This document shows positions 1-9,000 of a DNA stretch of 64,000 nt, piece by piece. The stretch's first letter is position 1. Every line of letters starts with the position of its first letter. The stretch spans positions 4,000,001-4,064,000 of the forward strand of contig OY969474.1 of the NCBI GenBank assembly GCA_963700145.1. The letters are read 5' to 3'. The position numbers were made by a program, and so were the translations under genes. The notes below the pieces were generated by a model, which searched no databases, was not told the origin of the DNA, and saw nothing but the letters and a program-made list of their open reading frames with translations. Source of the stretch: an uncultured Acidobacteriota bacterium. GTDB taxonomy: Bacteria; Acidobacteriota; Thermoanaerobaculia; Multivoradales; UBA5704.

Positions 1-46
1 GCAGGACGAGCGCGGCGAGCCCGGCGAGACCTCTCGCGCCGCCCAT
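1..46 (-). CDS. Possible 5' end of a secreted protein running off the window
   Basis: ATG at 46 reads MGGARGLAGLAALVL..., which looks like a signal peptide. Only 15 codons are visible. Confidence 0.35.
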   Translation of the reverse strand, partial: MGGARGLAGLAALVL

Positions 47-89
47 CCTAGCCCTGGCCGGCGCCGGAGCGCCTGATAGGATTCGCTCG

Positions 90-2039
90 ATGTCGCAGCC
101 CGCTGTCCGCGCGTTCGCTTCTCCTCCTCGCCGTCCTTGCCGCCGCGCCGGCCGCCGTCCACGCGCAGCTCGCGCCCGTCGGTCCCCAGCTCACCCTCGT
201 CCCGCTCGGCGAGACGAACTTCGACGACCGCCCGGCGGTGGCGGCCGGCCCCGAGGGGTTCGTCCTGGCCTGGACGAGCCCCCAGCCCGACCCGGCGCCC
301 GGCGGCTTCGCCACCAGCATCTCCGCCCGGCGCTTCGACCTCCAGGGGCGCGCCGCCGGGGCGGTGGTGCGCGCCGACCTGCCGCCGGAGCCGTTCGCGG
401 ACGGGTTGCGCCTCGAGCCGACGGTGGCCGTCGGCCGCGACGGCGGCTTCGTCGTCGCCTGGCACGAGCGTCGACGACCGCGACGTCCACGCCCGCAGCT
501 TCGGCCCCCGCGACCGCGCGCGGGGCCGCCGACTTCGTCGTCAACACCACCCGCGACTTCTGGCAGGTCCTGCCCAAGGTCGCCGCCGATCCGCGCGGCG
601 GCTACACCGTCGTCTGGGTCAACAGCGACGTCGGCGACCAGGGCCCCTGGCCCGAGGGCGCCTTCGGCCAGCGGCTCGACCTCGCCGGCCGCAAGGTCGG
701 CGACGAGTTCCCCCTAGACCAGACCGAGGCCGCGGACCGGCAGGTGGACGTGGCGATCGCGACGAACGGCGAGCGGCTGGTGGGCTGGTGGTCCTGGCTG
801 CCCGAGCTCATGGTCCGCCGCCTGGCGCGCTCCGGCGCTCCCCTGACCCCCGAGCTCAGCGCCAGCGGCCACTCGGAGTGGCACGGCACCACCTCGATCT
901 GCGCCCTGCCGGGCGGCCGCTTCCTGGCGGCGTGGGAGGCGCCGTTCCCGGAGGAGGGCCTCTTCGCCCGCGGCATCGGGGCCGACGACACCCTCGGGCC
1001 GATCCACCGGATCGACCCTCCGGGCGATCCGCTCCGCGGCCGGCCCCACCTCGCCTGCGACCGCTTCGGCGGCGTCCTGGCCGTCTACGCGGCGTTCGAC
1101 GGGACGGTCCGCGCCCGCCAGCTCGACCTCTCGGGGGCGCCGGCGGGGGAGGAGGTCGTCGCCGGCGACTGGCCCCACGAGCTACTGCCCCCGGCGCCCG
1201 TCGCGGCGCTGGGACCGGGCGGCCGCGCCCTGGTCGCCTGGCGCTCGGACGGCGCGGCCGGAACTGGCGTCGCCGGCCGGGTCCTGCAGCTCGGCCCCGC
1301 GGCCTGCGTGACGTCCGACACCGACCTCTGCCTCCACGGCGGCCGCTTCCGGGTCCGCGCCCACTGGCGCATCCCGAACAGCCGCGACGCCGGCCTCGCC
1401 CGCGCCCGGCCGCTCCTCAACGACACCGGCACGTTCTGGTTCTTCGCGCCCGACAACCTCGAGCTGGCGGTCAAGGTGCTCGACGGGCGGGCGGTCAACG
1501 GCCGATTCTGGGTCTTCGCGGGGTCGCTGACGACCGTCGAGTACTGGCTCGAAGTCTTCGACACCGCGACCGCGGCGGCCCGCACCTACTACAACCCGCC
1601 CGGCAGCCAGGCCGGGATCGCCGACACGGGCGCCTTCGTCGCGCCGGCGGCCGCGGCCGCGGTCTCGCCGCCGGCCCGAGGGCCGGCCGCGGCGTTCCCG
1701 GCGGGTCCTTGCGCCGGCCCGCCCGCGACCCTCTGCCTCGGCGGCGGCCGCTTCGCCGTGGAGGTCACCTGGGACATCGGCTCGGCGACCGGCGCCGGCA
1801 CCGCCGTCCCCCTGACCGCCGACACCGGCGGCTCCTGGTTCTTCGGCGACCAGAACGTCGAGCTCCTCGTCAAGCTCCTCGACGGCCGCCCGGTGAACGG
1901 CCACTTCTGGGTCCTCTGGGGGGGCCTGACGACGGTGGACTACACCTTCAGGGTCACCGACCTCGCGACCGGCGAGCGGAAGGAGTACCACCACCCCGCC
2001 GGCTCCCTGCTCGGCGGCAGCGACAGCGTGGCGTTTTGA
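90..2039 (+). CDS. Secreted protein with two C-terminal repeated domains; frameshifted near the 5' end
   Basis: Sensible sequence is split over three frames: LLLAVLAAAPAAVHAQ...GGFVVAWHE, then VDDRDVHARSF, then DFVVNTTRDFWQ. Two copies of LCLxGGRFxV...WFFxxxNxELxVKxLDGRxVNGxFWV...TTVxY...DxxAF end the protein. Confidence 0.7.
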   Translation: MSQPAVRAFASPPRRPCRRAGRRPRAARARRSPAHPRPARRDELRRPPGGGGRPRGVRPGLDEPPARPGARRLRHQHLRPALRPPGARRRGGGARRPAAGAVRGRVAPRADGGRRPRRRLRRRLARASTTATSTPAASAPATARGAADFVVNTTRDFWQVLPKVAADPRGGYTVVWVNSDVGDQGPWPEGAFGQRLDLAGRKVGDEFPLDQTEAADRQVDVAIATNGERLVGWWSWLPELMVRRLARSGAPLTPELSASGHSEWHGTTSICALPGGRFLAAWEAPFPEEGLFARGIGADDTLGPIHRIDPPGDPLRGRPHLACDRFGGVLAVYAAFDGTVRARQLDLSGAPAGEEVVAGDWPHELLPPAPVAALGPGGRALVAWRSDGAAGTGVAGRVLQLGPAACVTSDTDLCLHGGRFRVRAHWRIPNSRDAGLARARPLLNDTGTFWFFAPDNLELAVKVLDGRAVNGRFWVFAGSLTTVEYWLEVFDTATAAARTYYNPPGSQAGIADTGAFVAPAAAAAVSPPARGPAAAFPAGPCAGPPATLCLGGGRFAVEVTWDIGSATGAGTAVPLTADTGGSWFFGDQNVELLVKLLDGRPVNGHFWVLWGGLTTVDYTFRVTDLATGERKEYHHPAGSLLGGSDSVAF

Positions 2040-2053
2040 GACTCATCTTCAGG
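2013..2053. repeat. 41-bp sequence repeated at 4118-4158 (copy 1)
   Basis: GGCGGCAGCGACAGCGTGGCGTTTTGAGACTCATCTTCAGG; 39/41 identical to copy 2. Confidence 0.9.
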
Positions 2054-2102
2054 GGCCTTCAGCGGCCGGCGTCAACCGTCCGCTGCAAGGCCCGTGTTAT
2101 GC
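2054..2102 (-). mobile_element. Truncated attC site (R' core missing)
   Basis: Minus strand: GCATAAC (contains the gene stop) ACGGG CCTTGCAGCGGACGG TTGACG CCGGCCGCTGAAGG. The arms pair with an extrahelical base, but no closing GTTRRRY follows. Confidence 0.75.
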
Positions 2103-2918
2103 GTCATCTTTGTCCTCTCGGGTCTCCGGTGTATACACGAACTTCTCAAGCGCCTCCTTGTCCAATTTGCCCATCATCAAGAGGAATGCATTCAAGGTCT
2201 GTTGCACGAACGTGGCGCGCTCTTTGTATGGGGCTATCATACAAGCGAGAAGGCACAGCCTTACGACCCGCTTTCTTTGCTCCTTGAGAGTCTCGGTGGT
2301 TCCCCCGACAACTCCAGGTCGTCCCGACTCGTCAGCATAGAGGAGAAGATTCCTCGTGTTGGCGCGCTCTTCTATGTACTTCATTACATCCCCTTGCGCC
2401 GGACCCTGTGCGAATTCCTCAAGCTGGCGCTCGAAATGGTAAGGCTGACCTGGCTGCTCCTCCGAGACAAGAAAATTGAATGGGGTATCAGGACTGCCCC
2501 ACCGCCCATCAGGGGCTAGAAACTCCCATATAAGGTGAGGCTTCGCCTCTTCCTCGACTAACCTGAGACGGACTGGTGGGAACTGTGAACTAACCGACGC
2601 CAGAAACTTGTATATCTGCATGACAAAGGGATAGAGAGCTGCCTTGTACGGGTGACTCCATAACTGGATCTTCTCTGAGTTCGCATAACGCCGCTGGCGG
2701 AGGCTAAAGAATACAGCGGTGGCGGCCTCCTCCTCAGCTGTTATCGCTCTGAACATTGCCATCTCGGGATCGATATCTACAATCTGGCCTGCTCGCTCAA
2801 GGTGATGAAAGGCATGGCGCGCACATTGAAGCACACGCCCGCTGGTGGCCTTGAGACCTTCCACAACCAGATTCTCTAGTCTCTGGTCATCAAGCTTAGG
2901 TGTCTCTTCATCACTCAT
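2097..2918 (-). CDS. Cassette-borne hypothetical protein, AbiV/HEPN-like
   Basis: Lower GC; stop inside an attC R'' box. Motifs AMFRAITAEEEAA, HPYK and RNLLLYAD resemble AbiV-family motifs. Confidence 0.55.
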   Translation of the reverse strand: MSDEETPKLDDQRLENLVVEGLKATSGRVLQCARHAFHHLERAGQIVDIDPEMAMFRAITAEEEAATAVFFSLRQRRYANSEKIQLWSHPYKAALYPFVMQIYKFLASVSSQFPPVRLRLVEEEAKPHLIWEFLAPDGRWGSPDTPFNFLVSEEQPGQPYHFERQLEEFAQGPAQGDVMKYIEERANTRNLLLYADESGRPGVVGGTTETLKEQRKRVVRLCLLACMIAPYKERATFVQQTLNAFLLMMGKLDKEALEKFVYTPETREDKDDA

Positions 2919-2962
2919 AACGTTCTACCGCATAACGTTCACCACATCCACCCTTTAGCTAC

Positions 2963-3021
2963 GGCCAACTTCGTAGCCCCTCGCCGGCGGCGAAGCCGTC
3001 CGGTGCAGGGGCCGGTTAGCC
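2963..3021 (-). mobile_element. Complete 59-bp attC site
   Basis: Minus strand: GGCTAAC CGGCC CCTGCACCGGACGGC TTCG CCGCCGGCGAGGGG CTACGAA GTTGGCC. The stop of the upstream gene lies in R''. Confidence 0.85.
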
Positions 3022-3636
3022 GCTTCCCACGTCAGCACGATCACGCGCGGTATCCTTGCGTGCAGGAGCTGGCGCCTGAAAGCGATCAAGGAGGCTCGTT
3101 GCGCCATCCCAACCGTAGTGACTCATATATTCGCGGATTCTGCGAAGCTTCGGATCGGGGGAATCGGGCCGCAGGTGCACACCCCAATAGTCAAGGTAAG
3201 GTTCAACATCGCTCTCCGTGATGAGACCGGCGCGAATATAGCTCTCGAAGCGTTCGAGGCCGTCGCATAGCGTATCAAAAGCATCTCGAACCGCGGTCTC
3301 CTTCTCCGTGAAAGTGCAGCCATTGCCGTGAGGTCGCAGAGCATCGACGATCTCCTGAGCTGAGATGAATTCGAGCCGGTCGGGATTCTCTCTATGCGGG
3401 AAGAGCTGAATCGGCCGCCAGCCCCAATCCACCATCTTGAAGGCCGCGTCAACTTGTGGATTTGTAAGGAATTCCTTCATCTCCTGCGACACCCATTCGG
3501 CTCGCTTCCAGCGCTGAGCCTTCTTGTACTGGAGCAAGCCCACGACAAAGGCTACGCCTGCACCGAGGAGAGCGAACGCCGTGAGTGTCTGCTCCGCATT
3601 CCAGTTTGACAGCATTAATGGCTCCAAGTCGGCCAA
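3016..3636 (-). CDS. Cassette-borne hypothetical protein with N-terminal membrane helix
   Basis: Starts at a GTTGGCC core (3631-3637) and ends in the attC. Hydrophobic segment FALLGAGVAFVVGLL; lower GC. Confidence 0.75.
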   Translation of the reverse strand: MADLEPLMLSNWNAEQTLTAFALLGAGVAFVVGLLQYKKAQRWKRAEWVSQEMKEFLTNPQVDAAFKMVDWGWRPIQLFPHRENPDRLEFISAQEIVDALRPHGNGCTFTEKETAVRDAFDTLCDGLERFESYIRAGLITESDVEPYLDYWGVHLRPDSPDPKLRRIREYMSHYGWDGATSLLDRFQAPAPARKDTARDRADVGSG

Positions 3637-3728
3637 CTCTTGTCTGGTAGCGCTCTGCCACCCGCCTCGTATTGGATGACCGGGGACACTTTGCGGGACG
3701 GCGGCGAGTGCATCGTAGGATAGTTCTC

Positions 3729-4196
3729 ATGAACGACGTGCTGCCGTGCCTCGACCTGCTCGAAGCCACTCCCGCTATCCTGCGCGGGCTGATGTCCGAG
3801 ATCTCCGCAGAGGACGCGCACTGGAAGCCGGCAGCCGACCGTTTCTCGATCGCCGAGGTGCTCTCGCACCTCTCGCATTCCGAGGCGCACTGCTACCGGT
3901 CCAGGCTCGACCGGTTCCTCGCCGAGGAGCGCCCGGAGTTCGAGCCGGACGATGCGCAGATGCATCTCGACGTGTACCGGAATGCCGACCCCGAGGAGGA
4001 CTTCGCGCACTTTGCGGACCAGCGTGAAACCAACATCGAGCTGCTGCGGGGCTTGCCCGCCGAAACCGGTGTCCGCAAGGCACTGCATCGGTTCGCCGGT
4101 GAGATCACGTTGTCCCAGGCGGCAGCGCCAGCGCGGCGTTTTGAGACTCATCTTCAGGCGCCGGTTATGCGGCGATTACTTGGTTCCACCGCTTGA
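3729..4196 (+). pseudogene. 3'-truncated inverted copy of the DinB-family gene at 5168-5680
   Basis: The first 130 aa differ from the intact copy at 8 positions. Similarity stops at 4118, before the HDxxH motif. Confidence 0.85.
4118..4158. repeat. 41-bp repeat (copy 2), followed by an attC stub
   Basis: GGCGGCAGCGCCAGCGCGGCGTTTTGAGACTCATCTTCAGG, then CGCCG GTTATGC (minus strand GCATAAC CGGCG). Confidence 0.9.
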
Positions 4197-4767
4197 ACGT
4201 ACACGAACCCCTTATATCCCGCGAGTCTTGGATCGGGCTCATAAGAGACGTGAGGTTGATACTCCTCGTCCGCGTTGGTAGTGAGGAACGACCGTTCGTG
4301 TTGGTACAATCCGTGCCGGTCATTAGACCCCCACCAGATGAAATCGCCCAATCGCCCACTGACGTCCACAACCGGACGATTTTGGGAATCGAGCAGCTCG
4401 AACCGAAGGCTTCCGTTGAACTTTTCCGTATCGCGCCACAAAGCATCGTTGTGATCGCGGATGACGAGGTACACGCCACACGGCCGCCCGATGTCGGCGA
4501 GATCGGCCAAGTGGTACTCCAACTGCTGGGGGCTGGCCAGATCGAGCTCAGGCATGGTGATGCTGTAGCCCGGGGTCGGCAAAGGCCGGCAAACCACGAG
4601 ATGTCTTCAAAGCTGCCGTCGCCGCGATGGCTCGGGACGGGAGGAAGGAGCAAGCGGCGGGCGATGAAGAAGCCGCCGAGCAGCAAGACGGCCACCACCG
4701 CAATCTTGACTGCCCGACGCTTCCGCATTTCCTCAGCCTCGCGGAAGCTCTCGACAAGATCGTTCAT
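4165..4767 (-). CDS. Membrane-anchored hypothetical protein, frameshifted, probable cassette gene
   Basis: The N-terminal TM helix is in one frame and the globular part (PGYSITMPELDL...YKGFVYVQ) is in another. A GCATAAC box follows. Confidence 0.55.
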   Translation of the reverse strand: MNDLVESFREAEEMRKRRAVKIAVVAVLLLGGFFIARRLLLPPVPSHRGDGSFEDISWFAGLCRPRATASPCLSSIWPAPSSWSTTWPISPTSGGRVACTSSSAITTMLCGAIRKSSTEAFGSSCSIPKIVRLWTSVGDWAISSGGGLMTGTDCTNTNGRSSLPTRTRSINLTSLMSPIQDSRDIRGSCTFKRWNQVIAA

Positions 4768-5147
4768 CCCTCAATCATCTCGGTCCGGCTGAAGGAGCAC
4801 TGCTCCATCACGAGCCGCCATTCGCCGGCCTGTTTCTCCCAGACCATGACGCACCGATGGTCATCCGTGAAGGGAGTGCCCTCGAACGAGCCGGCACCCT
4901 GGTAGCGGTGCCGCACCACGACCGCGTCAGGGCCCACGACGCGGACGACGACTTCGGTGCGCGTGCCGTGATCCAGCCGATAGCTCGGTGAGCGGATGAT
5001 CGCCAGGATGGCTTGGCGATCGAGGCTCGAGCCGTCCGGGGCAACGTAGATGTAGTCATCGGCCGCCAGCCGTTCCACGGTCGCGGCATCCTTCTCCAGC
5101 CACGCCTGAAACCAGCGCTCACTCAGGTCATGCAACTCCGACGACAT
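4764..5147 (-). CDS. NTF2-like / DUF4440 family protein
   Basis: From MSSELHDL: W..A...KDAATVERLAADDYIYVAPDG...VWEKQAGEWRLV. Confidence 0.85.
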   Translation of the reverse strand: MSSELHDLSERWFQAWLEKDAATVERLAADDYIYVAPDGSSLDRQAILAIIRSPSYRLDHGTRTEVVVRVVGPDAVVVRHRYQGAGSFEGTPFTDDHRCVMVWEKQAGEWRLVMEQCSFSRTEMIEG

Positions 5148-5167
5148 CCGCCGGTCCTCCCGGATCG

Positions 5168-5680
5168 TCATGGCTTCAACCGATACTCTTCGCCCAATGG
5201 GCCGGCCCCCGCGAGATACTTCCGGGCGCGCACCAGTTCCGCGATCTGCCGGATGTGCCCGATATCGTGAAGCGCCCACTCGTGCAGCATCTGGGAGAGC
5301 GTGATCTCGCCGGCCGACCGATGCAACGCCTTGCGGCCGCCGGTTTCCGCGGGCAAGCCCCGCAGCAGCTCGATGTTGGTTTCACGCTGGTCCTCGAAGT
5401 GCCCGAAGGCCTCCTCGGGGTCGGCGTTCCGGTACACGTCGAGATGCATCTGCGCGTCGTCCGGCTCGAACTCCGGACGCTCTTCGGCGAGGAACCGGTC
5501 GAGCCTGGCGCGGTAGCAGTGCGCCTCGGAATGCGAGAGATGCGAGAGCACCTCGGCAATCGAGAAACGGTCGGCGGCCGGCTTCCATCGCGCATCCTCT
5601 GCGGAGATCTCGGACATCAGGCCGCGGAGGATGGCGGGAGTCGTTTCGAGCAGGTCGAGGCACGGCAGCACGTCGTTCAT
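5168..5680 (-). CDS. DinB/YfiT family protein
   Basis: FSIAEVLSHL and HDIGH metal-binding motifs. Confidence 0.85.
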   Translation of the reverse strand: MNDVLPCLDLLETTPAILRGLMSEISAEDARWKPAADRFSIAEVLSHLSHSEAHCYRARLDRFLAEERPEFEPDDAQMHLDVYRNADPEEAFGHFEDQRETNIELLRGLPAETGGRKALHRSAGEITLSQMLHEWALHDIGHIRQIAELVRARKYLAGAGPLGEEYRLKP

Positions 5681-5686
5681 GAGAAA

Positions 5687-6367
5687 TTATCCTACGGAAG
5701 GGTAGGCGGCCGGCGGCAAGCGGCACGACGCCAACCAGTAGTGTGTGAGCTCAACGGTTTGGGAGTCGACTGCGCCGAGAGCATCGAGTCGCGACAGTAC
5801 ATCGGACATCGACGGGTAGTTCTTGAGGACCATGTGTTGGCTGCCGTCAGAGAGCGTCCTCTGCTGGTAGGTGTTGCCCTCGGCGTCACTGGCGACGATC
5901 GGGGAGCTACTGCCTAGAAGGAAGCGATTGTCGAAGAGAATCAAGAGGCTCGGAGACGCGCTCGGCCGCAGGGCGCGTAGCGCGTTAGCCAACCGGCCGA
6001 GCGGAATGTGGGACCACCAAAAGCCCGCGACGACGACGTCAAAGGGACACCGAAGAGGCTGCTGCAGGAGTGCGTCAGCGGCGACGAAGCGCGTGGAGCA
6101 AGCGTAGTGCTTCTGGCTTGCGACGCGAAGCACAGACATAGAGATGTCGCTACCGATGATGGACTCAGCCACTCGGGCGAGGCGCTGCGTCCAGTAGCCG
6201 GTGCCACAAGCCACTTCAAGGACACGGCCTTCGCGACACAGGAGGGCCAGCCTGGCTTCGAGGGCCGCGAGATCTGCCTGTCTCTCGGGCAGGCCGTAGA
6301 TGGCCTCGTACTCAGGGGCCCGACGGGAGTAGTAGTCCAACAGGCTGCGGCCGACTTGGGCTAACAA
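5687..6367 (-). CDS. Class I SAM-dependent methyltransferase
   Basis: VLEVACGTGYWT motif and GFWWSHIP; atypical codon usage. Confidence 0.85.
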   Translation of the reverse strand: MLAQVGRSLLDYYSRRAPEYEAIYGLPERQADLAALEARLALLCREGRVLEVACGTGYWTQRLARVAESIIGSDISMSVLRVASQKHYACSTRFVAADALLQQPLRCPFDVVVAGFWWSHIPLGRLANALRALRPSASPSLLILFDNRFLLGSSSPIVASDAEGNTYQQRTLSDGSQHMVLKNYPSMSDVLSRLDALGAVDSQTVELTHYWLASCRLPPAAYPSVG

Positions 6368-6375
6368 GCCCGATG

Positions 6376-6937
<562 letters not shown>

Positions 6938-7066
6938 TACGTAAGAGTACCTGGTTCGGCGTGATACCCGCTGCCCCGGGCGCAACGGTGACGGCGTTGT
7001 GCGCACTTGCCCACTTGCCGCCCCAGGCCGGATGGAATATTCTAGCTCTTCCTTAAGGAGGACATC

Positions 7067-7786
7067 ATGGGAAAGTACGTCTCGTGGCTCTTCGCGGCGC
7101 TGGTGGCAGCTGTCTTCCTCGGTTGTACCAGTACTTACGGTTCATCCCCTCCGCCCGGCGGGGGTCCCGCGTATCCCCCGCCTGCCGCGCCGATTCTTCC
7201 CCTCGACCCACTGCGGCCCGAGGAAGTCGAGGCGGCGCAGCGGATTGCGCAGTCGGATCCGCGCGTGCGCGAGCTCCTCGCTGAGAACCCGCGTGTCATT
7301 TACGTCCAGTCGATCGCACCGAAGATCGGTCCGAACGCCGACGAGCCGCGCGGACGGCACGCGGACGTGTTCTACCTCAGCGGCGATGAGGAGACGGGCG
7401 TCCGTGTCCTCGTCGATCTCGCGGGAAGTCGTGTCGTCGAGCATGTTCGACTTCCGCAGAACAAGGTCCCCCTTGGCGTCGCCGACGTTCAGGAAGCGCT
7501 TCGGCTCGCCCTCGAGAACGGCGCCGTGCGGCAGCTGCTCGGTGCGCGGGCCAGCGGCTTCCGCGTTCTGAGCGGACCCATCACACCGGAAAACGCGAAT
7601 TCCGACCGCGTCTCCGGTCTGCGTCATGTCGCCGGCAACCGCGAAGATCCGTGCTACCGGGGTCGCTGTCTCTACCTGCTCTTCAGCAGCGGCGGACGCC
7701 TGATCCTCACGGACGAGGAAATCCTGGTGAATCTCACCACGCGAGACGTGCGGGTCATGTCCACGCGGGAAGGAGCGAACCGATGA
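7067..7786 (+). CDS. Lipoprotein resembling copper amine oxidase N2/N3 domains
   Basis: RBS AAGGAGG; lipobox FLGC; PLDPLRPEEVEAA and PLGVADVQEAL repeats. ATGA overlap with the next gene. Confidence 0.7.
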   Translation: MGKYVSWLFAALVAAVFLGCTSTYGSSPPPGGGPAYPPPAAPILPLDPLRPEEVEAAQRIAQSDPRVRELLAENPRVIYVQSIAPKIGPNADEPRGRHADVFYLSGDEETGVRVLVDLAGSRVVEHVRLPQNKVPLGVADVQEALRLALENGAVRQLLGARASGFRVLSGPITPENANSDRVSGLRHVAGNREDPCYRGRCLYLLFSSGGRLILTDEEILVNLTTRDVRVMSTREGANR

Positions 7787-8901
7787 ACCGCAAGGCGATC
7801 CTCATGCTCTTCGCGATCGCGGTCCCGCCCGGGATCGCCGCAAATGCCCAGTCGCCTCAGTTCTGCAATGCGCCGTACTTCGTCGAACAGTCGTTTCCGG
7901 TCGGCGGCCCGGAAGTCTCGCGATGGAAGTTGTGCTGGCAGGTCGTCAACGGCCCCAACCTCGTCATCACCGGCGCGTGGTTCCGGCCTGCTCCCGCGGC
8001 GCCGTGGATCAAGATCCTCTACGACGGCCGTCTGTCGCAGCTCTTCGTGCCGTATCACGGCGGCGCCCCTCGCTTCTACGACGTCGATTACGGCTTCAGC
8101 TACGTCGCGTTGTCGAAAGACGACTGCCTGCCGCCGCATCAGATCATCGGTGCGTCCGAGGTCTGCAAGGAAGTGCGGGATCGCGGCCTGATGTGGAAAC
8201 ACGACCTCAAGGAGCGCCGCGGCGAGGAGCTCGCACTCTGGAGCGTGCTGGCGGCCGCGAACTACAACTACATCGTCGAATGGACATTCCGCGACGACGG
8301 AGTCTTCGGCATGCGTCTCGGCCTGACCGGCATCATCTGGCCGAACAAGCAGAGCCACATGCACGGAACGATCTGGCGGCTGGACATGGATTTGAACGGT
8401 GCGTGCTGCGACACGGCCGCGATCATGTCGCACGCGGAGGTCGGGCTGACCGGCGTCGACTCGATGACCGACGTCAACAATGCGAAGGGCTTCCCGTGGA
8501 ATGCGCTCGCCTTCGACATGCTCTCGATTCGCGATGCGACGCTGAAGAACTCGAACGGCAAGTCGACGGAGTGGCATCTCATGCCGTACCGCATGGGAAC
8601 GCCGATGCACAACGGTGTCGACGAGGGGTTCACGAAGAACACCTACTGGGTCACGCCGTACGTGTGGTGGCAGACGAAGGCGGAGGACCTGCCGGATTAC
8701 GTGATGGGAAGTCCGAACACGAAGAACACCGACGTCGTGCTCTGGTACTACACCGGCGCGCACCACGTCATCCGCGACGAAGATCTGACGCCGGGCGGCG
8801 GCCCGGGGATGACGTTGATGATGTACGACTACTTCCTGCTCAAGCCGTTCAACCTCTGGTCGTCCACGCCATTCTGCGATCCGCCGAGCAGTTGCCTGTG
8901 A
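7783..8901 (+). CDS. Secreted copper amine oxidase catalytic-domain protein
   Basis: Signal peptide MNRKAILMLFAIAV; LFVPY; RFYD (catalytic base position); ANYNY (TPQ site); HMH and HHVIRDED Cu ligands; LKPFNL end. Confidence 0.8.
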   Translation: MNRKAILMLFAIAVPPGIAANAQSPQFCNAPYFVEQSFPVGGPEVSRWKLCWQVVNGPNLVITGAWFRPAPAAPWIKILYDGRLSQLFVPYHGGAPRFYDVDYGFSYVALSKDDCLPPHQIIGASEVCKEVRDRGLMWKHDLKERRGEELALWSVLAAANYNYIVEWTFRDDGVFGMRLGLTGIIWPNKQSHMHGTIWRLDMDLNGACCDTAAIMSHAEVGLTGVDSMTDVNNAKGFPWNALAFDMLSIRDATLKNSNGKSTEWHLMPYRMGTPMHNGVDEGFTKNTYWVTPYVWWQTKAEDLPDYVMGSPNTKNTDVVLWYYTGAHHVIRDEDLTPGGGPGMTLMMYDYFLLKPFNLWSSTPFCDPPSSCL

Positions 8902-9000
8902 GAGCGATGTAGGACAGACAAGAGTGTCTGCTCTTGCGGATGGCGGCCGGCTCCTCCCGTCGCGGCGATCGACATCGGCCGCGCCAGGAGCCCTGGCCCG

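Noticed and set aside
3631-3660. Sequence upstream of GTTGGCC as another attI
   Set aside because: No similarity to the 220-bp element and no visible promoter; only the 7-bp core is present.
6980-7002. GCGCAAC-N9-GTTGTGC as an attC
   Set aside because: Far too short and lacks L boxes.
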